A stretch of 64,000 bases of DNA from NCBI RefSeq assembly GCF_018350175.1, contig NC_058368.1:196728001-196792000 (forward strand). Reading direction: 5' to 3'. Under the pieces are notes generated by a model, which did not search any database, was not told the origin of the DNA, and was given only the letters and a program-made list of their open reading frames with translations. This DNA comes from Felis catus. Its lineage: Eukaryota. Below are positions 49,335-61,619 of the stretch, piece after piece; the first letter of the stretch is position 1; each line of letters starts with the position of its first letter. Both the position numbers and the translations under genes were made by a program.

Positions 49335-49892
49335 CTGTTCCATAGCTACCAAGATGGCAGCCAACAGTCCCGCCACCCTCATGCCTGGTGCTCTTCCAAG
49401 CAGGGGGTAGGGTCTACTCTTCTCCCCTTGATTCTAGACTAACAACCCTGGGAGTTGCTTTGACCAAAAGAAGGCAGCAGAGAGGGTGTCGTGCCAGTTC
49501 CCAGCCTAGGTTCTTAAGGCGCCTTGGGGTCTCTGCTTTCAGTCTCTAGGAAGCCACACGCCCAGAAAGAAGTCCAGCCAGCCCGCCAGACACATCGTGC
49601 GGACACAGAGGCCCTGGAGGATGAGCGACCACAAAGAGAGAAACCAGCCAGCCCCCAGCCATTTCAGCCTCCCCTGCGGAGACACCAGGCGTCTCAATAA
49701 CCGCCCCCCCCACCCCCACCCCGGGATCCTCCAGCTAGAGGGAAGCTGCCTCAGTCAGTATCTGTGTGGAGCAGAGATGAGCCAACTCACCAACTGATCG
49801 TGTTGCATAATCATGAGCAAATAAGTTGGTGTCATTGCCTTAGCCGCTGCATTTGGGGGCAGTTTGCCACACGGCAATAGATCGCTGAGACA
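49335..49892 (+). mobile_element. MaLR solo LTR (MLT1F/G/H-like)
   Basis: caagatggc..gctttgaccaaaagaaggcagcaga..gtgccagttcccagcctagg; ends gcaatagatcgctgagaca. Confidence 0.75.
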
Positions 49893-49982
49893 CTATTTGT
49901 ATGAATTTTGGCCCGTCATTAAAATTACACGGGCCTCAGTTTCCTCATCTGTAAAGTGGGATCATTTTAAGTTAAAAAAAAA

Positions 49983-50189
49983 TTTTTTTTTAACGTTTAT
50001 TCGTTTTTGAGAGAGACAGTGTGAGTGGGGGAGGGGCAGAGAGAGAGAGAGAGACACAGAATCCGAAGCAGGCTCCAGGCCCTGAGCTGTCAGCACAGAG
50101 CCTGACGCAGGGCTTGAACCCACGAACTGCGAGATCATGACCTGAGCGGAAGTTCGACGCTTTAACCGACTGCGCCACCCAAGAGCCCC
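49983..50189 (-). mobile_element. Can-SINE inside a MIR
   Basis: TSD-like taaagtggg..attttA. Confidence 0.93.
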
Positions 50190-50757
50190 TAAAGTGGGGT
50201 AATTTTAGTACTTAACCTTACAGGGTTGTGGTGACATCCAAACGTTTAGTGATTTTGTGGAATATAATAAGCTATGATAATCTGATATAATTTCCTGCAG
50301 GGTTGAGATTCTGTAGGTTAGTGCATGAATTCTGTTGGATAGAATCATATGGAACCATTAGAAATCACAAGCATAAAGCTCATGAACAACTTTATTTACT
50401 AAACAATTTGAAGCAAAAATTAAATAATAAAATGTTTTCAAAAAAGAGTGACCCAAAGACAGCCATTCTCATTCTAATGAGGTAAAAATTTTCTGAATAA
50501 AAGTTGGAAGGCAATGTAGAGAAATGAAAACCATTAATGTTTTGAGTCATGGGTTTTATATAAAAATGTACCTTTAGGATTTTCTTTTCATTGTTGTCAG
50601 CTTCTTAACAATAAATCACGTTAATGCAACTTCCCAATGGGGATAAAAGTTTGAAGAAAACACGGAGAAATGAAACAGTGTATTTGAATTCTGATTCCAG
50701 TGAAAATGTTGTCTACTAAAATTTCCTTTAATTCGATCTTCATAAAACATAATTTCA

Positions 50758-50971
50758 GGGGCGCCTGGGTGGCGCAGTCAGTTAAGCGTCCGACTTCAGC
50801 CAGGTCACGATCTCGCGGTCCATGAGTTCGAGCCCCGCGTCGGGCTCTGGGCTGATGGCTCAGAGCCTGGAGCCTGCTTCTGATTCTGTGTCTCCCTCTC
50901 TCTCTGCCCTTCCCCTGCTTACGCTCTGTCTTTCTCTGTCTCAAAAATAAAGATAAACATTAAAAAAAAAA
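50758..50971 (+). mobile_element. Young Can-SINE
   Basis: TSD aaaacataatttca. Confidence 0.96.
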
Positions 50972-52379
50972 CATAATTTCAGTGCAATTATTAAATGGAA
51001 AAGCTGGCCATTGAGTGATTCATCAGTACTGTTATAAGCTCAGCAGGGAGCGAAGCGCTTGTATTCCTTCGTTTATTTAACAAATAGTAAAATCCGGAGC
51101 TCAAGGGGAGGGCTTTCCATGCATTTGGAGTTTGAGGCCTCTCTGAAGCTCTCTAACGTCAGCGTCAGTGCCGTTATCACTCCCATTGCGCAGATGAGGA
51201 AACTGAGACTCAGAAGTTGAGTTCCTTGCCGGAGTCATCTGGTCTGGAAGTGGCAAAGCTGAGGTTTGAACCAGGTCTCTTGAGTCTCTCTTCTCACCTT
51301 CCCTCACTCCTTTGCCCACAGCAGCACAGACTGCTTTGAATGTTTGTAGACTAAATAAACGGAGACTGGCCAAGCAAAGGAGGGAGGACCGAGGGGCAAC
51401 ACTTTCACAAAACAACGGCTTGGAGTCGGGAGGCCGGGACTTGGATTCTGACTCGCCCTGTGGCCATTCCTCTGGACCTTTTTGGTCTCACAGGCTGAAT
51501 GAGGGATTTGGATAGACATTTAGGAAACTTTGGAAAATAACCCAGACCATAATCCCTTGGACCTTAATTTAAACAGATTATAGCTAGTGTGTTAGTCCTA
51601 AAATTGTACTGAAAATATGCCCGTGGCACTCAGTTACTATTCCAAGCAGGATCTAGACTTAAAGTTCCAAGATTTGAGTTCAAAGACTGGTTCTGCTTTT
51701 GAGTGACTTTGGGCCAGTTTTCTAGCTCTCTGACTTTCAGTTTCGAAGATGGTTGCAATCCTAATCTCCCTGGATGATCATGCGACACTCTCCAAGGGAA
51801 CCCACGTGAAAGAACCAAATGTTTAATAAGTACACATATCTTAAGTGAGAGACACCTTAATGAGACATCAACCTAAAATTATATAATATATACAATTAGC
51901 ATAAATCTGTTTTGATGTTTCCTAATCACTCAGCAATTCTTTGACAGTAGATACATATTTTTGATATAGTTTGCCACGAGGGAAGGAAATGAATGTGTTG
52001 CCCTGACTCCGTAAGACCCATGAGACAGGGACCATGCCTGTCTGGTTCATAACCACCCCTCGAGCCAGCACAGCGTGTGGTCCACAATAGACGCTCAACA
52101 ACTGTGTGATGGGTGAGTGACAACAAGCCTGTATCTCCGTGAAGAAAGAGTTCAGAGCCAAGACGGAAGTTCTCCCAAGTTCCCTACCTCATCTATTTCA
52201 TGTGTATAGCATACAAAGCACTTGGAAAGATGCACAGTGTCGTGAGTCATCATCAGGGCAACACAAATGGGAACAAATGCAGTGCGACCACTATACATTC
52301 CTGCGGTGATGAAAATTTTAAAAACCGACCGTACCAAGTGCTTGCAACATTGTGGAGCAACTGGAACTCTCGTACGATG

Positions 52380-52536
52380 TTTTTACAAAAATTCTTTAAT
52401 GTTTACTTATTTTTGAGAGAGACAGGGTGTGAGCGGGGGAGGAAGGGGGGCACAGAGAACTCATGAACTCATGAACCGTGAGATCATGACTTGAGCCGAA
52501 GTCGGACGCTTAACCGACTGAGCCACCCAGGTGCCC
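52380..52536 (-). mobile_element. Can-SINE with internal deletion
   Basis: Reverse head intact; middle collapsed to gaactcatgaactcatgaacc. Confidence 0.88.
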
Positions 52537-52777
52537 CTCTCCTACAATATTGATAGGAGGGCAAGACGATACAAATGCAAGATACTATGGGGCGCCTGGG
52601 TGGCTCAGTCGGTTGAGCGTCTGACTTGGGCTCAGGTCGTGATCTCACAGCTCTGTGAGTTCGAGCCCCGCATCGGGCTCTGTGCTGATGGCTGGGAGCC
52701 TGGAGCCTGCTCCCTCTCTCTCTGCTCCTAACCCACTCGCATTCTGTCTCTGTCTCTCTCAAAAATAAATAAACATT

Positions 52778-53012
52778 GGGGCGCCTGGGTGGCGCAGTCG
52801 GTTAAGCGTCCGACTTCAGCCAGGTCACTTCAGCCAGGTCACGATCTCGCGGTCCGTGAGTTCGAGCCCCGCGTCAGGCTCTGGGCCAATGGCTCAGAGC
52901 CTGGAGCCTGTTTCCGATTCTGTGTCTCCCTCTCTCTCTGCCCCTCCCCCGTTCATGCTCTGTCTCTCTCTGTCCCAAAAATAAATAAACGTTGAAAAAA
53001 AAAATTTTTTTT
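52778..53012 (+). mobile_element. Young Can-SINE (nested), with a 14-bp internal tandem repeat acttcagccaggtc
   Basis: TSD aaataaataaacatt at 52763-52777 and 53013-53027. Confidence 0.95.
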
Positions 53013-53044
53013 AAATAAATAAACATTAAACAAAACTTATTTTA

Positions 53045-53274
53045 TTTATTTTTTTTTTTTTAATTTTTTTTCAACGTTTATTTATTTTTGGGACAGAGAG
53101 AGACAGAGCATGAATGGGGGAGGGGCAGAGAGAGAGGGAGACACAGAATCGGAAACAGGCTCCAGGCTCTGAGCCATCAGCCCAGAGCCCGACGCGGGGC
53201 TCGAACTCCCGGACCGCGAGATCGTGACCTGGCTGAAGTCGGCCGCTCAACCGACTGCGCCACCCAGGCGCCCC
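53045..53274 (-). mobile_element. Young Can-SINE (nested)
   Basis: TSD aaacaaaacttatttta at 53028-53044 and 53275-53291. Confidence 0.95.
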
Positions 53275-53686
53275 AAACAAAACTTATTTTAAATAAACAA
53301 ATGCGAGATACTACTTTGGAAAATAGTTGGGCAGTTTTTTAAAAAGTTAAACATATACCTCCCATATGACCCAGAAATCACATTCTAGGTATTTATACAA
53401 GAGAATTTTTAAAAAAATACGTCCACATATGGATGCACAAGTGAATTATCATAGAAGCTTTGTTAACAATAACCAAAAGCTGGAAACAACCCAATGGTGG
53501 GTTGAATAAACAAATTGAATGAATAAGCAAGTGATGAATAAATAAACAAATCGTGGTAACGTTCATTCAATGGACTAGCATTCAGCAATAAAAAGGAACA
53601 AACTGATGCAGGCAACAGCATAGGTGAATCTTAAATGCATTATTCTAAGTGACATATGCCAGACTCAAATGACTGGAGAGTGTATA

Positions 53687-54137
53687 CAGTTGATGCTTGA
53701 ACAAGGCAGGGGTAAGGGGCACCAATTCTTTGTGTAGTTGAAAATCCACATATCACTTTTGACTCCCCTGAAATTTAACCACTAATAATCTTCCGTTGAT
53801 CACAAGCCCTACTGATAACACGAATAGTCAATTGACGCATTTTTTGTATGTTACAGGTATTGTCTACTATTCTTTTGTTTACAATTTTTTTTAATGTTTT
53901 TATTTATTTTTGAAGGAGAGAGAGAGAGAGAACATGAGCCGGGAGGAGCAGAGAGAGAGGGAGACACAGAACTTGAAGCAGGCTCCAGCCTCTGAGCTGT
54001 CAGCCCAGAGCCCAATGCGGGGCTCGAACCCACAAACTGTGAGATCGTGACCCAAGCTGAAGGCGGACACTCAACCGACTGAGCTACCCCAGGCGCCCCT
54101 ATTAAAGTAAACTAGAGAAAAGAAAGTGTTATTAAGA
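53687..54137. mobile_element. Tigger2-like (TcMar) terminal fragment interrupted by a SINE
   Basis: TA followed by cagttgatgcttgaacaa..gaaaatccacatatcacttttgactcccc; resumes after the SINE with aaagtaaactagagaaaagaaagtgttattaaga. Confidence 0.8.
53885..54098 (-). mobile_element. Can-SINE in the Tigger fragment
   Basis: Reverse head and GA tract. Confidence 0.93.
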
Positions 54138-54679
54138 CAAGCAAACTTTTTGGCATGATAGAAATTTTCTAGACTGCATTGTGGTGGTTACATAACTGTG
54201 TCTGTTTGCCAAACGGATTGAATGTTATACTTAAGTTGTGCACTTTATTTTATATAAATTACACTTCAATATAGCTGATTTTTAAACTACATATCTCTTT
54301 CGTTGTTTGTTAACATGGATTGCTTTTTGAGGTAGTGAGTGTCCTGACCCTGGAGGATTCCAAAGATAGGCCAAATGGATATCTGTCAGGCATGTAGTAG
54401 ACGGGATTCCTGAGTTGGGTGCAAGCCCAGATAGACGGCCTTGGAGTACTTAGGGTTATAAAATTTAGGCTTAAGGTCAGTATTGCCTAACGCGTAGTAG
54501 AAAGAACAATGGTCCAGGAGTCAAGAGGCATTCATTCATTCGCTCATTCATTCATCATTTACTGAACACCTCCCATGTGCCCTACACGGCTCAACCGTGC
54601 TGAGCCTGAGCTGGTTCGAGTCAGGATTCCGTGCAGTCACAGCTAGAAGAGCCCTAACAAATGTAAGCCCATAACTGAG

Positions 54680-55030
54680 TATTAAATTGGCTGATACTGA
54701 CTGCAAATGCGGAAGGAGATCAACGAGGGCTTCAAGAAGTCAGGGAGACCACCCACCCTTCTTCGTCTCCATTGCCTCGGCCTTGGCCCAGGCTGACCCT
54801 GCCTCCCACCCAGACAATCACAGCAGCCTCCTGACTCGTCTCCCTGAGCCCGCTCTAACTTCCGTGGACCCATTCCGTGGGCCCAGTCTGGCCACAGCAG
54901 TCGGAGGGTTTCAGCGGCCTCCTGAGATCCAGATCTGACCCCACTACTCTCCCGACTAAACATTCTCCCATGCTGTTTCATGGACCCAGATTAATGTCCA
55001 AGCCCCTCAACATGGTTCATAGGACCCCCA
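54680..55030 (+). mobile_element. L2 fragment
   Basis: cttcgtctccattgcc..ggcccaggc..cacagcagcctcctgactcgtctccctg..tccaagcccctcaacatgg. Confidence 0.65.
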
Positions 55031-55869
55031 GTGACACAGCTGTAGGTGGAAGGAAGATCAGCCAGGGAGAAGTTAGGGTATCCCTGTGGGCTGGGCCGGG
55101 GAGCAGGATGGCATGGAGAGATGATCAGGAAGCAAACCCAGCTGGCTGTGGCCTGGCTGTACTGCTGGCCTGTGCAACCCAGGCCTCCCTTTCCCAGATC
55201 ATGCGGCGATGAGGCAGGTGATCTGGAAGGGTCCTTTCACGTCCAGGGGTGTAAGTCTAGGCACGTTGCCTGGCTGCCCCTCTGTCTCTGTCTTTCCGTG
55301 TGTCCCTCTCACTCAACAGACACGTTTGTAGAAAATTATTATGTGTGGATATGAGTCACAGATTAAAACTGGCTCAATCTGCAGGAGGCTTCCCAGCCCA
55401 TCCTGCTGACATGATTCTCTGCCCAGAAGAGCTCGAGGGTCATGTTACTGACCGGAAGTGCAGAAGAAAAGCTGGTGAGTGTACTTAGAAATGGGAGAAA
55501 GAATGCACGTATAGCCACTGACACTCTCCAGACAATGCTCATTCCCTGGAATCCAGTAAAAGGAAGTGAGTGGGAGACAGAATGGTCCAGTCTATCAGAT
55601 CTTTCCGATGCCGTGTGTCCGGATAGCTCAATACACTACTGGGGAGGTGTTTCCTTCCAGTCAAGTGGAAAGGTCGCTAAACTGGCCATGAATCAATGGG
55701 CCCCTCAGTCTTGGCTTGACCTTGACGATGTTACTTCATTTCTTTGCCAACTGATCCAGCACAGTAAGAACAGCTCATCTTATCAAACATTTCAGATTAT
55801 TTCCAACTTCATAAGCGATACGTGTTCATTAAAGAAAATATAAAGCACGAATAGTTAAATATATATTTC

Positions 55870-56081
55870 TTGTTTTGAAGTTTACTTATTTTGAGAAAGA
55901 GACAAGGAAACAGAGAGAGCATGAGTGGGGGAGGGGCACAGAGAGAGGGAGAGAGAGAATCCCAAGTAGGCTCTGCACGGTCAGCGTAGAGCCCAATGTG
56001 GGGCTGACCTCATGAACCCCAAGATCATTACCTGAGCTGAGATCAAGAGTCAGATGCTTAACTGACTGAGCCACCCAGGCG
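55870..56081 (-). mobile_element. Can-SINE
   Basis: Reverse head ..gactgagccacccaggcg. Confidence 0.92.
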
Positions 56082-56084
56082 TAT

Positions 56085-56235
56085 GTATCTATCTATATCT
56101 ATATCTATATCTATATCTATATCTATATCTATATCTATATCATCATCTATATCATCATCTATATCATCATCTATATCATCATCTATATCATCTATATCTC
56201 TATGTCTATGCCTATGTCTATGTTTATGTAGATAT
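56085..56235. repeat. Compound microsatellite (TATATC)n -> (TATATCATCATC)n -> (TATGTC)n
   Basis: Direct reading. Confidence 0.93.
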
Positions 56236-57236
56236 ATCCTTTAATCTCACATTTCAACAGAACAAATGCTTTTCTGTTTTGACCAAAATGGTATTGCAAT
56301 TGCACATTTCCTCCTGCACCCAATTATTTTCTTTAACAACATGTGAACAGTTTCCCATGTCATTAAATTTTCTTCTACATGTGATTGGATACCCATGGGT
56401 ATTCTCCGATTGAGGCCAGTCTCTGTATTTCATTTCACCCTTCAAAAACACATCCAATCCCCAAAGCACTGGTAGACACTATAGGTTTCCTGAAGATTCT
56501 GTGGGTCGTGTAAGGGAAAATTATATCGTCCACCAGGCTCAAACGTCCCACCTGATAGTTCTGTCCTCCCTGTAGTCTGGCTTTCCAGCTGCCCCTACAT
56601 AGGTACAGGGGATTTTGATTTAGTCAAATTAAATTCTGGGGAGTATTGGTGAGTGGCTGGGTGGTGATGGAAGGAGGGACAAGCCTGGCTTTGATCAGTC
56701 CCTCAAATCAGGGCTGAGCCTCACTTCATTCTAAGTCCTCTGTCTACTGTGTATCCAACCTTCTTCCTTCAGACGTGTCAGGGGTCAGTGGTAGACTGAC
56801 AAAGCACAGGAATATTTCCTGTGGTGTGATGTGTGGGAGGATCAAAGGGGAAGTGTCTTTTACCCCGATGACCCCAGCCCCAGTGAACCTGGCCCAGCTC
56901 ATGTGGGACCATGATCCTCCCTTTCTCTCCCTAGCTTCATGGGTACTGGAGGGAGGCAGTCTGACCAATTGGCATGAACTTTGGCCTAGTGTTATCACTT
57001 TTCCTGAGAAACTCAAAAGTGGCCAAGCAAACCAAAGGTCTTTTATGACCAGGAGGACAAAAGTCCACTCCAGCCATTAGCCATTGATTATTCCTCACCA
57101 CGCCTTGGGCAAGATCCTTGCCCCTGTCTCACAAAGAGTACAACTGAGAGTTACTTTACCAGGTCCCTGCATGATGCTGAGATGTCTTATCAGACTTGGA
57201 GGCAGGCTTGGGGCTTGTTCAGAGAGAGAAGGCTTC

Positions 57237-57433
57237 TTGTTTGTTTGTTTTTTAATGTTTTATTTTTGAGAGAGCGCAAACAGGGGGAGGAGTAGAGAGG
57301 GGTGGGGCAGAGGATCTGAAACCAGCTCTATGATGACAGCAGGAAGCCCCATGTGGGTCTTGAACTCATGAAGCATGAGATCATGACCTAAGCCCAAGTC
57401 TGACACTCAACTGACTGAGCCACCCAGGTGCCC
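57237..57433 (-). mobile_element. Can-SINE (diverged)
   Basis: TSD agagagagaaggcttct. Confidence 0.92.
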
Positions 57434-57559
57434 CAGAGAGAGAAGGCTTCTAAAATCACACCCACTAAAGTTGGGGGTGCTGGGGTAGGGGAAGGGAGCC
57501 CCGTGTCCTGTCCTGCAGAGGACAGATTCATACCTAAAACCAGGATTCTTCACAACGAC

Positions 57560-57715
57560 AAAACGGTAATTATGTGCGGTAAAGGATGCGCTAACTAACC
57601 TTACTGTGGAAAATATTCTGTAATCTATACGTTATCAAATCATGACATTGTACACCTTAAGCTTACACAATGTTATATGTCAACTGGATTTCAAGAAAGC
57701 TGGAAATAAATGCAT
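57560..57715 (+). mobile_element. L1 (L1MA/MB-like) extreme 3' end
   Basis: atcaaatcatgacattgtacaccttaagcttacacaatgttatatgtcaact..aaagctggaa. Confidence 0.8.
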
Positions 57716-58292
57716 AAGTAAACAAACAAATAAGTAAATAAATAGTAAATCAAGCCAGGATTTTTTCGTTCCTGGTAGGAGTGGCAGTAACGATCTGTAT
57801 CAGGAACTTTAGAAAGGTCTTAACCCTTTGGTCCAGCAATTCCATGTCCAGGAATCGCTCCTAGGGAATTAATCCTCAATATGGACAAGGCTCCACACAG
57901 AGAGGTGTTCATCGTAGTATTATTCATGACAGCTGAAAAATGAAATCAACCATGCCTATGCTTAGCAATGGATGAATGGCTAACATTTAATTGCATTTCA
58001 CTGTTGGCGAAGCATTTTCCCTGCATTGTCTCACTGAATCCTTGCAGGAACCCTGGAAGGTAAATACTGGTGTTATCCCCATTTTTCAGGTAAGGAAACT
58101 GGGGCACAGAGAGATTAAAGAAGATGCCCAAGATAAAATCATTAATAGCACAGCAGAGCCAGGATTTCCAGCAACAACAACAAAAATGCTTCTGTTGAAA
58201 TGGTTTTTATTAAAAAGGATCAAAATTCATATATGGAATGATCACAATTATATAAAGCAATGATAATAATAATAATGATGATGACTCAGAGA

Positions 58293-58498
58293 TTTATTTA
58301 TTTATTTTGAAGTTTATTTATTTATTTTGAGAGAGAGAGAGCAAACAGGGGAGGGGCAGAGAGAAAGAGAATCCCAAGCAGGCTCCACACTGTCAGTAGG
58401 GAGCCTGATGTAGGGCTGGAACTCACGAACCGTGAGATCGTGACTTGAGCTAAAAGCAAGAGTCAGACGCTTAGCCGACTGAGCCACCCAGGCGCTCC
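58293..58498 (-). mobile_element. Can-SINE
   Basis: TSD ctcagagattta. Confidence 0.93.
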
Positions 58499-60404
58499 TC
58501 AGAGATTTACTTTTAAAGACCTCAAAAAAATATTATAGTATTTCTATGCTATAATACCTATAGTAGCCTCTTTAGGTACTCACTCGGTGTGTGAATATTT
58601 TGTGACTTTTGGTGGGGAAGAGTCTACTTTTCTCTATTTTACACAATTGCATATTTTTGTAATTCAGGGGAGACATGAACTTTTGCTTGTTCTTAAATAG
58701 GAATTTAGAATTACTACTGCAAAAGGATGGTTCTCAAATGGAAGTATTTTAAGCAACAGAGGAATTATCCGGGGTAGAAGGACCTTGCCAGAGTAGCCAC
58801 TAGAGAACCCGGGAAGTTTCTGACTGGCCCTCTTTGGTCTGACCTAGCATTACCTCAAAAGTATGCAAAGCACAGCAGAGCAGAGAAGCCAAGTAGGGGT
58901 GAGGCTCAGAAAACACATCCCGGGAGAAAACTTCCAAATGTTGGCCCCAGACCATGGGGGACAGCCCAGGAAGGTTTTTCAATGACACGTCCGGGCACAA
59001 GGAAGCTGGAGGCATCTAGGCTTACCTCTATTTTCTGCACAGCAGGCAGACAGCAAGCTCTCCCCGCTGTGGCCACACCAAGGGGGCCAGGGAAGATGGC
59101 CCCAGGGCAGGCCCATTTCTCTCCATCGGTTTTCTCCCAACACATGCACACCCACTTTTTACGAATGGATAATTCTTGCTCAACCTAATGTAAAAGAGGA
59201 ATAAAAATTTATTTTGAAAACTTTGTCTATAACATACTATCAAGGTGGAAATACTGCGTTTGTTGGACAAATACCTTTCGAAACAGCCCCCACGCCGCTC
59301 CTAGAGAGGAATCCAGAAGCCCCTGCCCTCTGCCAAGCACTGGTTCCACCAGGGAGTCGTGAGGGCTAAGGAGGCTTCCGATGGGGACAGAGTGAACGCC
59401 TTGGCAGGCAGGGCAGGCCATCCGAGGGCAGCTGGAGAGACAGGGCCCAGGGTTTGGGCCAAGGAGGCTACAGTGAACAGGGCCGAAGGGAATGGTCAGG
59501 GGCTGCTCAGAGGTCAAGGTCAGACCAGCACATGCTTTACCAGCCGCCTAAAGCCAGTGCCTTTATGTTTAAGAACTTGGTTAATTACAGGCTTTTTCCA
59601 AAATAAAATAATAGATATCATTATAGAAAATGCAGACGAAAAAGAGAAGTAAAAAAAAATGACCATTTTCTGATACATTTCTTTTATTTTCAAATGCATT
59701 TTATTATTAAATATCCTTTCCCTTTGGAAGTAAGCTAGGAGGAGTGTTCTGTGTTTCCTTTAAACTTTCCTGTGTTGTTTCAATGTTTGAGGAACACCTA
59801 CTTTATTGATGTTAAGTAATGTCTACTGTTACTTTGGTAAACACAAAATAGGGCAGAAACAGTATATTTTTTTTACCTGAGTATCTTTCATCTAATGTTT
59901 GGGAAACTTTGTTTTTTAGGATGCAAAGCAAATACTCAAGAAAAAAGTATATATCTTTGAAAATGATATAACTCAAAAGGTCCGGAGTGAAAATCAGCTC
60001 CCTTTCCTCCCTCTCCCGCCTCCTAGCCACCCAGTTCCCCTCTCTGGGGAAAACGGGTTTTTACTGTTTTTTATTCGTGTTGGCAGAGAGTATCTTTGCA
60101 TTTGCAAATGTATGTGTTTACATGTTTTAGTGATGTGTGTATGTGTGTGTGTGTGTGTGTGTGCACGTTTACAGTAATCGAAGTACTGCGTTCTACACCT
60201 TGCCTTTTACACAGTACAGTTGGAGGATCTTTCCACAGCACATGTAAAGAGTCGGTTGGCTGTGACCTCGCCCCTGTTGACCTAAAGGGTCCTTCTTGGT
60301 GTCTAACCAGAAACCCTGACAACTCTCAGCCCCTCTACTCAGGCCTGCAGCCCCAAGCAGATGAGAGAGACAGGGAGTGGGGTGGTTCAGAGCTCCCTTG
60401 ACTC

Positions 60405-60542
60405 CCTCCCTCCCTGCCTTCCTTCCCTCCTTCCCTCTCGTGCTTCCCTCCCCTCTCTCCCTCCCTCCCTTCCTTCCTTCCTTCTTTCCTTCCTTCCCCT
60501 CCACTGCCCCCCCCTTCTTTCTTTCCTTTTCTTCCTGCTTTC
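60405..60542. repeat. Polypyrimidine (CCTT/CCCT)n low-complexity tract
   Basis: Direct reading. Confidence 0.85.
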
Positions 60543-61206
60543 TAAAATGAAAACAGCTCATCGTGGCTTTTATCTACTCTGATTACTAATGTAAAACATG
60601 CTTAATTGTAAAATGATCAGAAAGTACCAAAAAAAAAAGTCAATCCTACCACTACCCAGAAATAATCACTGTGAACATTTTAGTGTCTCTCTTTCCAGTT
60701 GTTTTTTAGGAATGTGTGTATTTTTTTCACCATTTTCACCATTTTCGAGTGTACAATTCAGTGACACTACATTCACAGTGTTGCTCAACCACGACCACTA
60801 CCTAGTTCCAGAACATTTTCATTGCCCCAAAAGGACACCCTGTACCCATCAAGGGGTCATCCCTTTTCCCCTCTCCCAGCCCCGAGGAACCCTTCATCTG
60901 CTTTCTGTCTCTACGGATTTGCCTACTCTAGATATTTCCTATGAAACGGAGTCATGTAATATGTGGTCTTTTGTGTGTCGCTTCTTTCACTGAGCATAAT
61001 GTCCTCAAGGTCCATCCGTGTTGTGACCTTTATCAGCAACTTCATTCCCTTTTATAGCCAAATAATATTCCATTGAAGGGTATATCATACTTTGTTTATC
61101 TATTCGCCAGTGGAGGGACCTCTGGGTTCTTCCTTTTGGCTGCTGTGAACACACGCATATAAGCTTTTGTTTGAACACTTGTTTTCAATTCTTTGGGGTG
61201 TATACT

Positions 61207-61336
61207 TTTTTTCTTTAAGGAGGCTTCACATCCAGTGCCGAGCCCAACACGGGGCTTGAACTCACGACCCTGAGATGAAAACCCGAGCTGAGAGCAAGAG
61301 TCGGACACTTAACTGAATGGGCCACCCAGGCGCCCC
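61207..61336 (-). mobile_element. Short Can-SINE
   Basis: Reverse head; TSD tttggggt(g/a)tatactt. Confidence 0.88.
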
Positions 61337-61386
61337 AGTTTGGGGTATATACTTAAAAGCAGACTTGCTGGGTCGAATGGTCATTC

Positions 61387-61619
61387 TTTTTTTTTTTTTT
61401 TTTTAATTTTTTTTTTCAACGTTTATTTATTTTTGGGACAGAGAGAGACAGAGCATGAACTGGGGAGGGGCAGAGAGAGAGGGAGACACAGAACCGGAAA
61501 CAGGCTCCAGGCTCCGAGCCATCAGCCCAGAGCCTGACGCGGGGCTCGAACTCACGGACCGCGAGATCGTGACCTGGCTGAAGTCGGACGCTTAACCGAC
61601 TGCGCCACCCAGGCGCCCC
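61387..61619 (-). mobile_element. Young Can-SINE
   Basis: TSD tcgaatggtcattct. Confidence 0.96.

Larger units (their letters stand above)
52589..53296 (+). mobile_element. Can-SINE (outer) whose tail hosts two younger SINEs
   Basis: TSD acaaatgc(a/g)agatacta at 52571-52587 and 53297-53313. Confidence 0.9.
52150..54290 (+). mobile_element. Old L1 (L1MB/MC-like) 3' region hosting nested SINEs and a Tigger
   Basis: gcacttggaaagatgc..ctactttggaaaatagttgggcag..cccatatgacccagaaatcaca..tataaattacacttcaata. Confidence 0.8.

Noticed and set aside
49345..49362. CTCF/YY1-like accaagatggcag
   Set aside because: Part of the MLT1 LTR terminus and only a partial match
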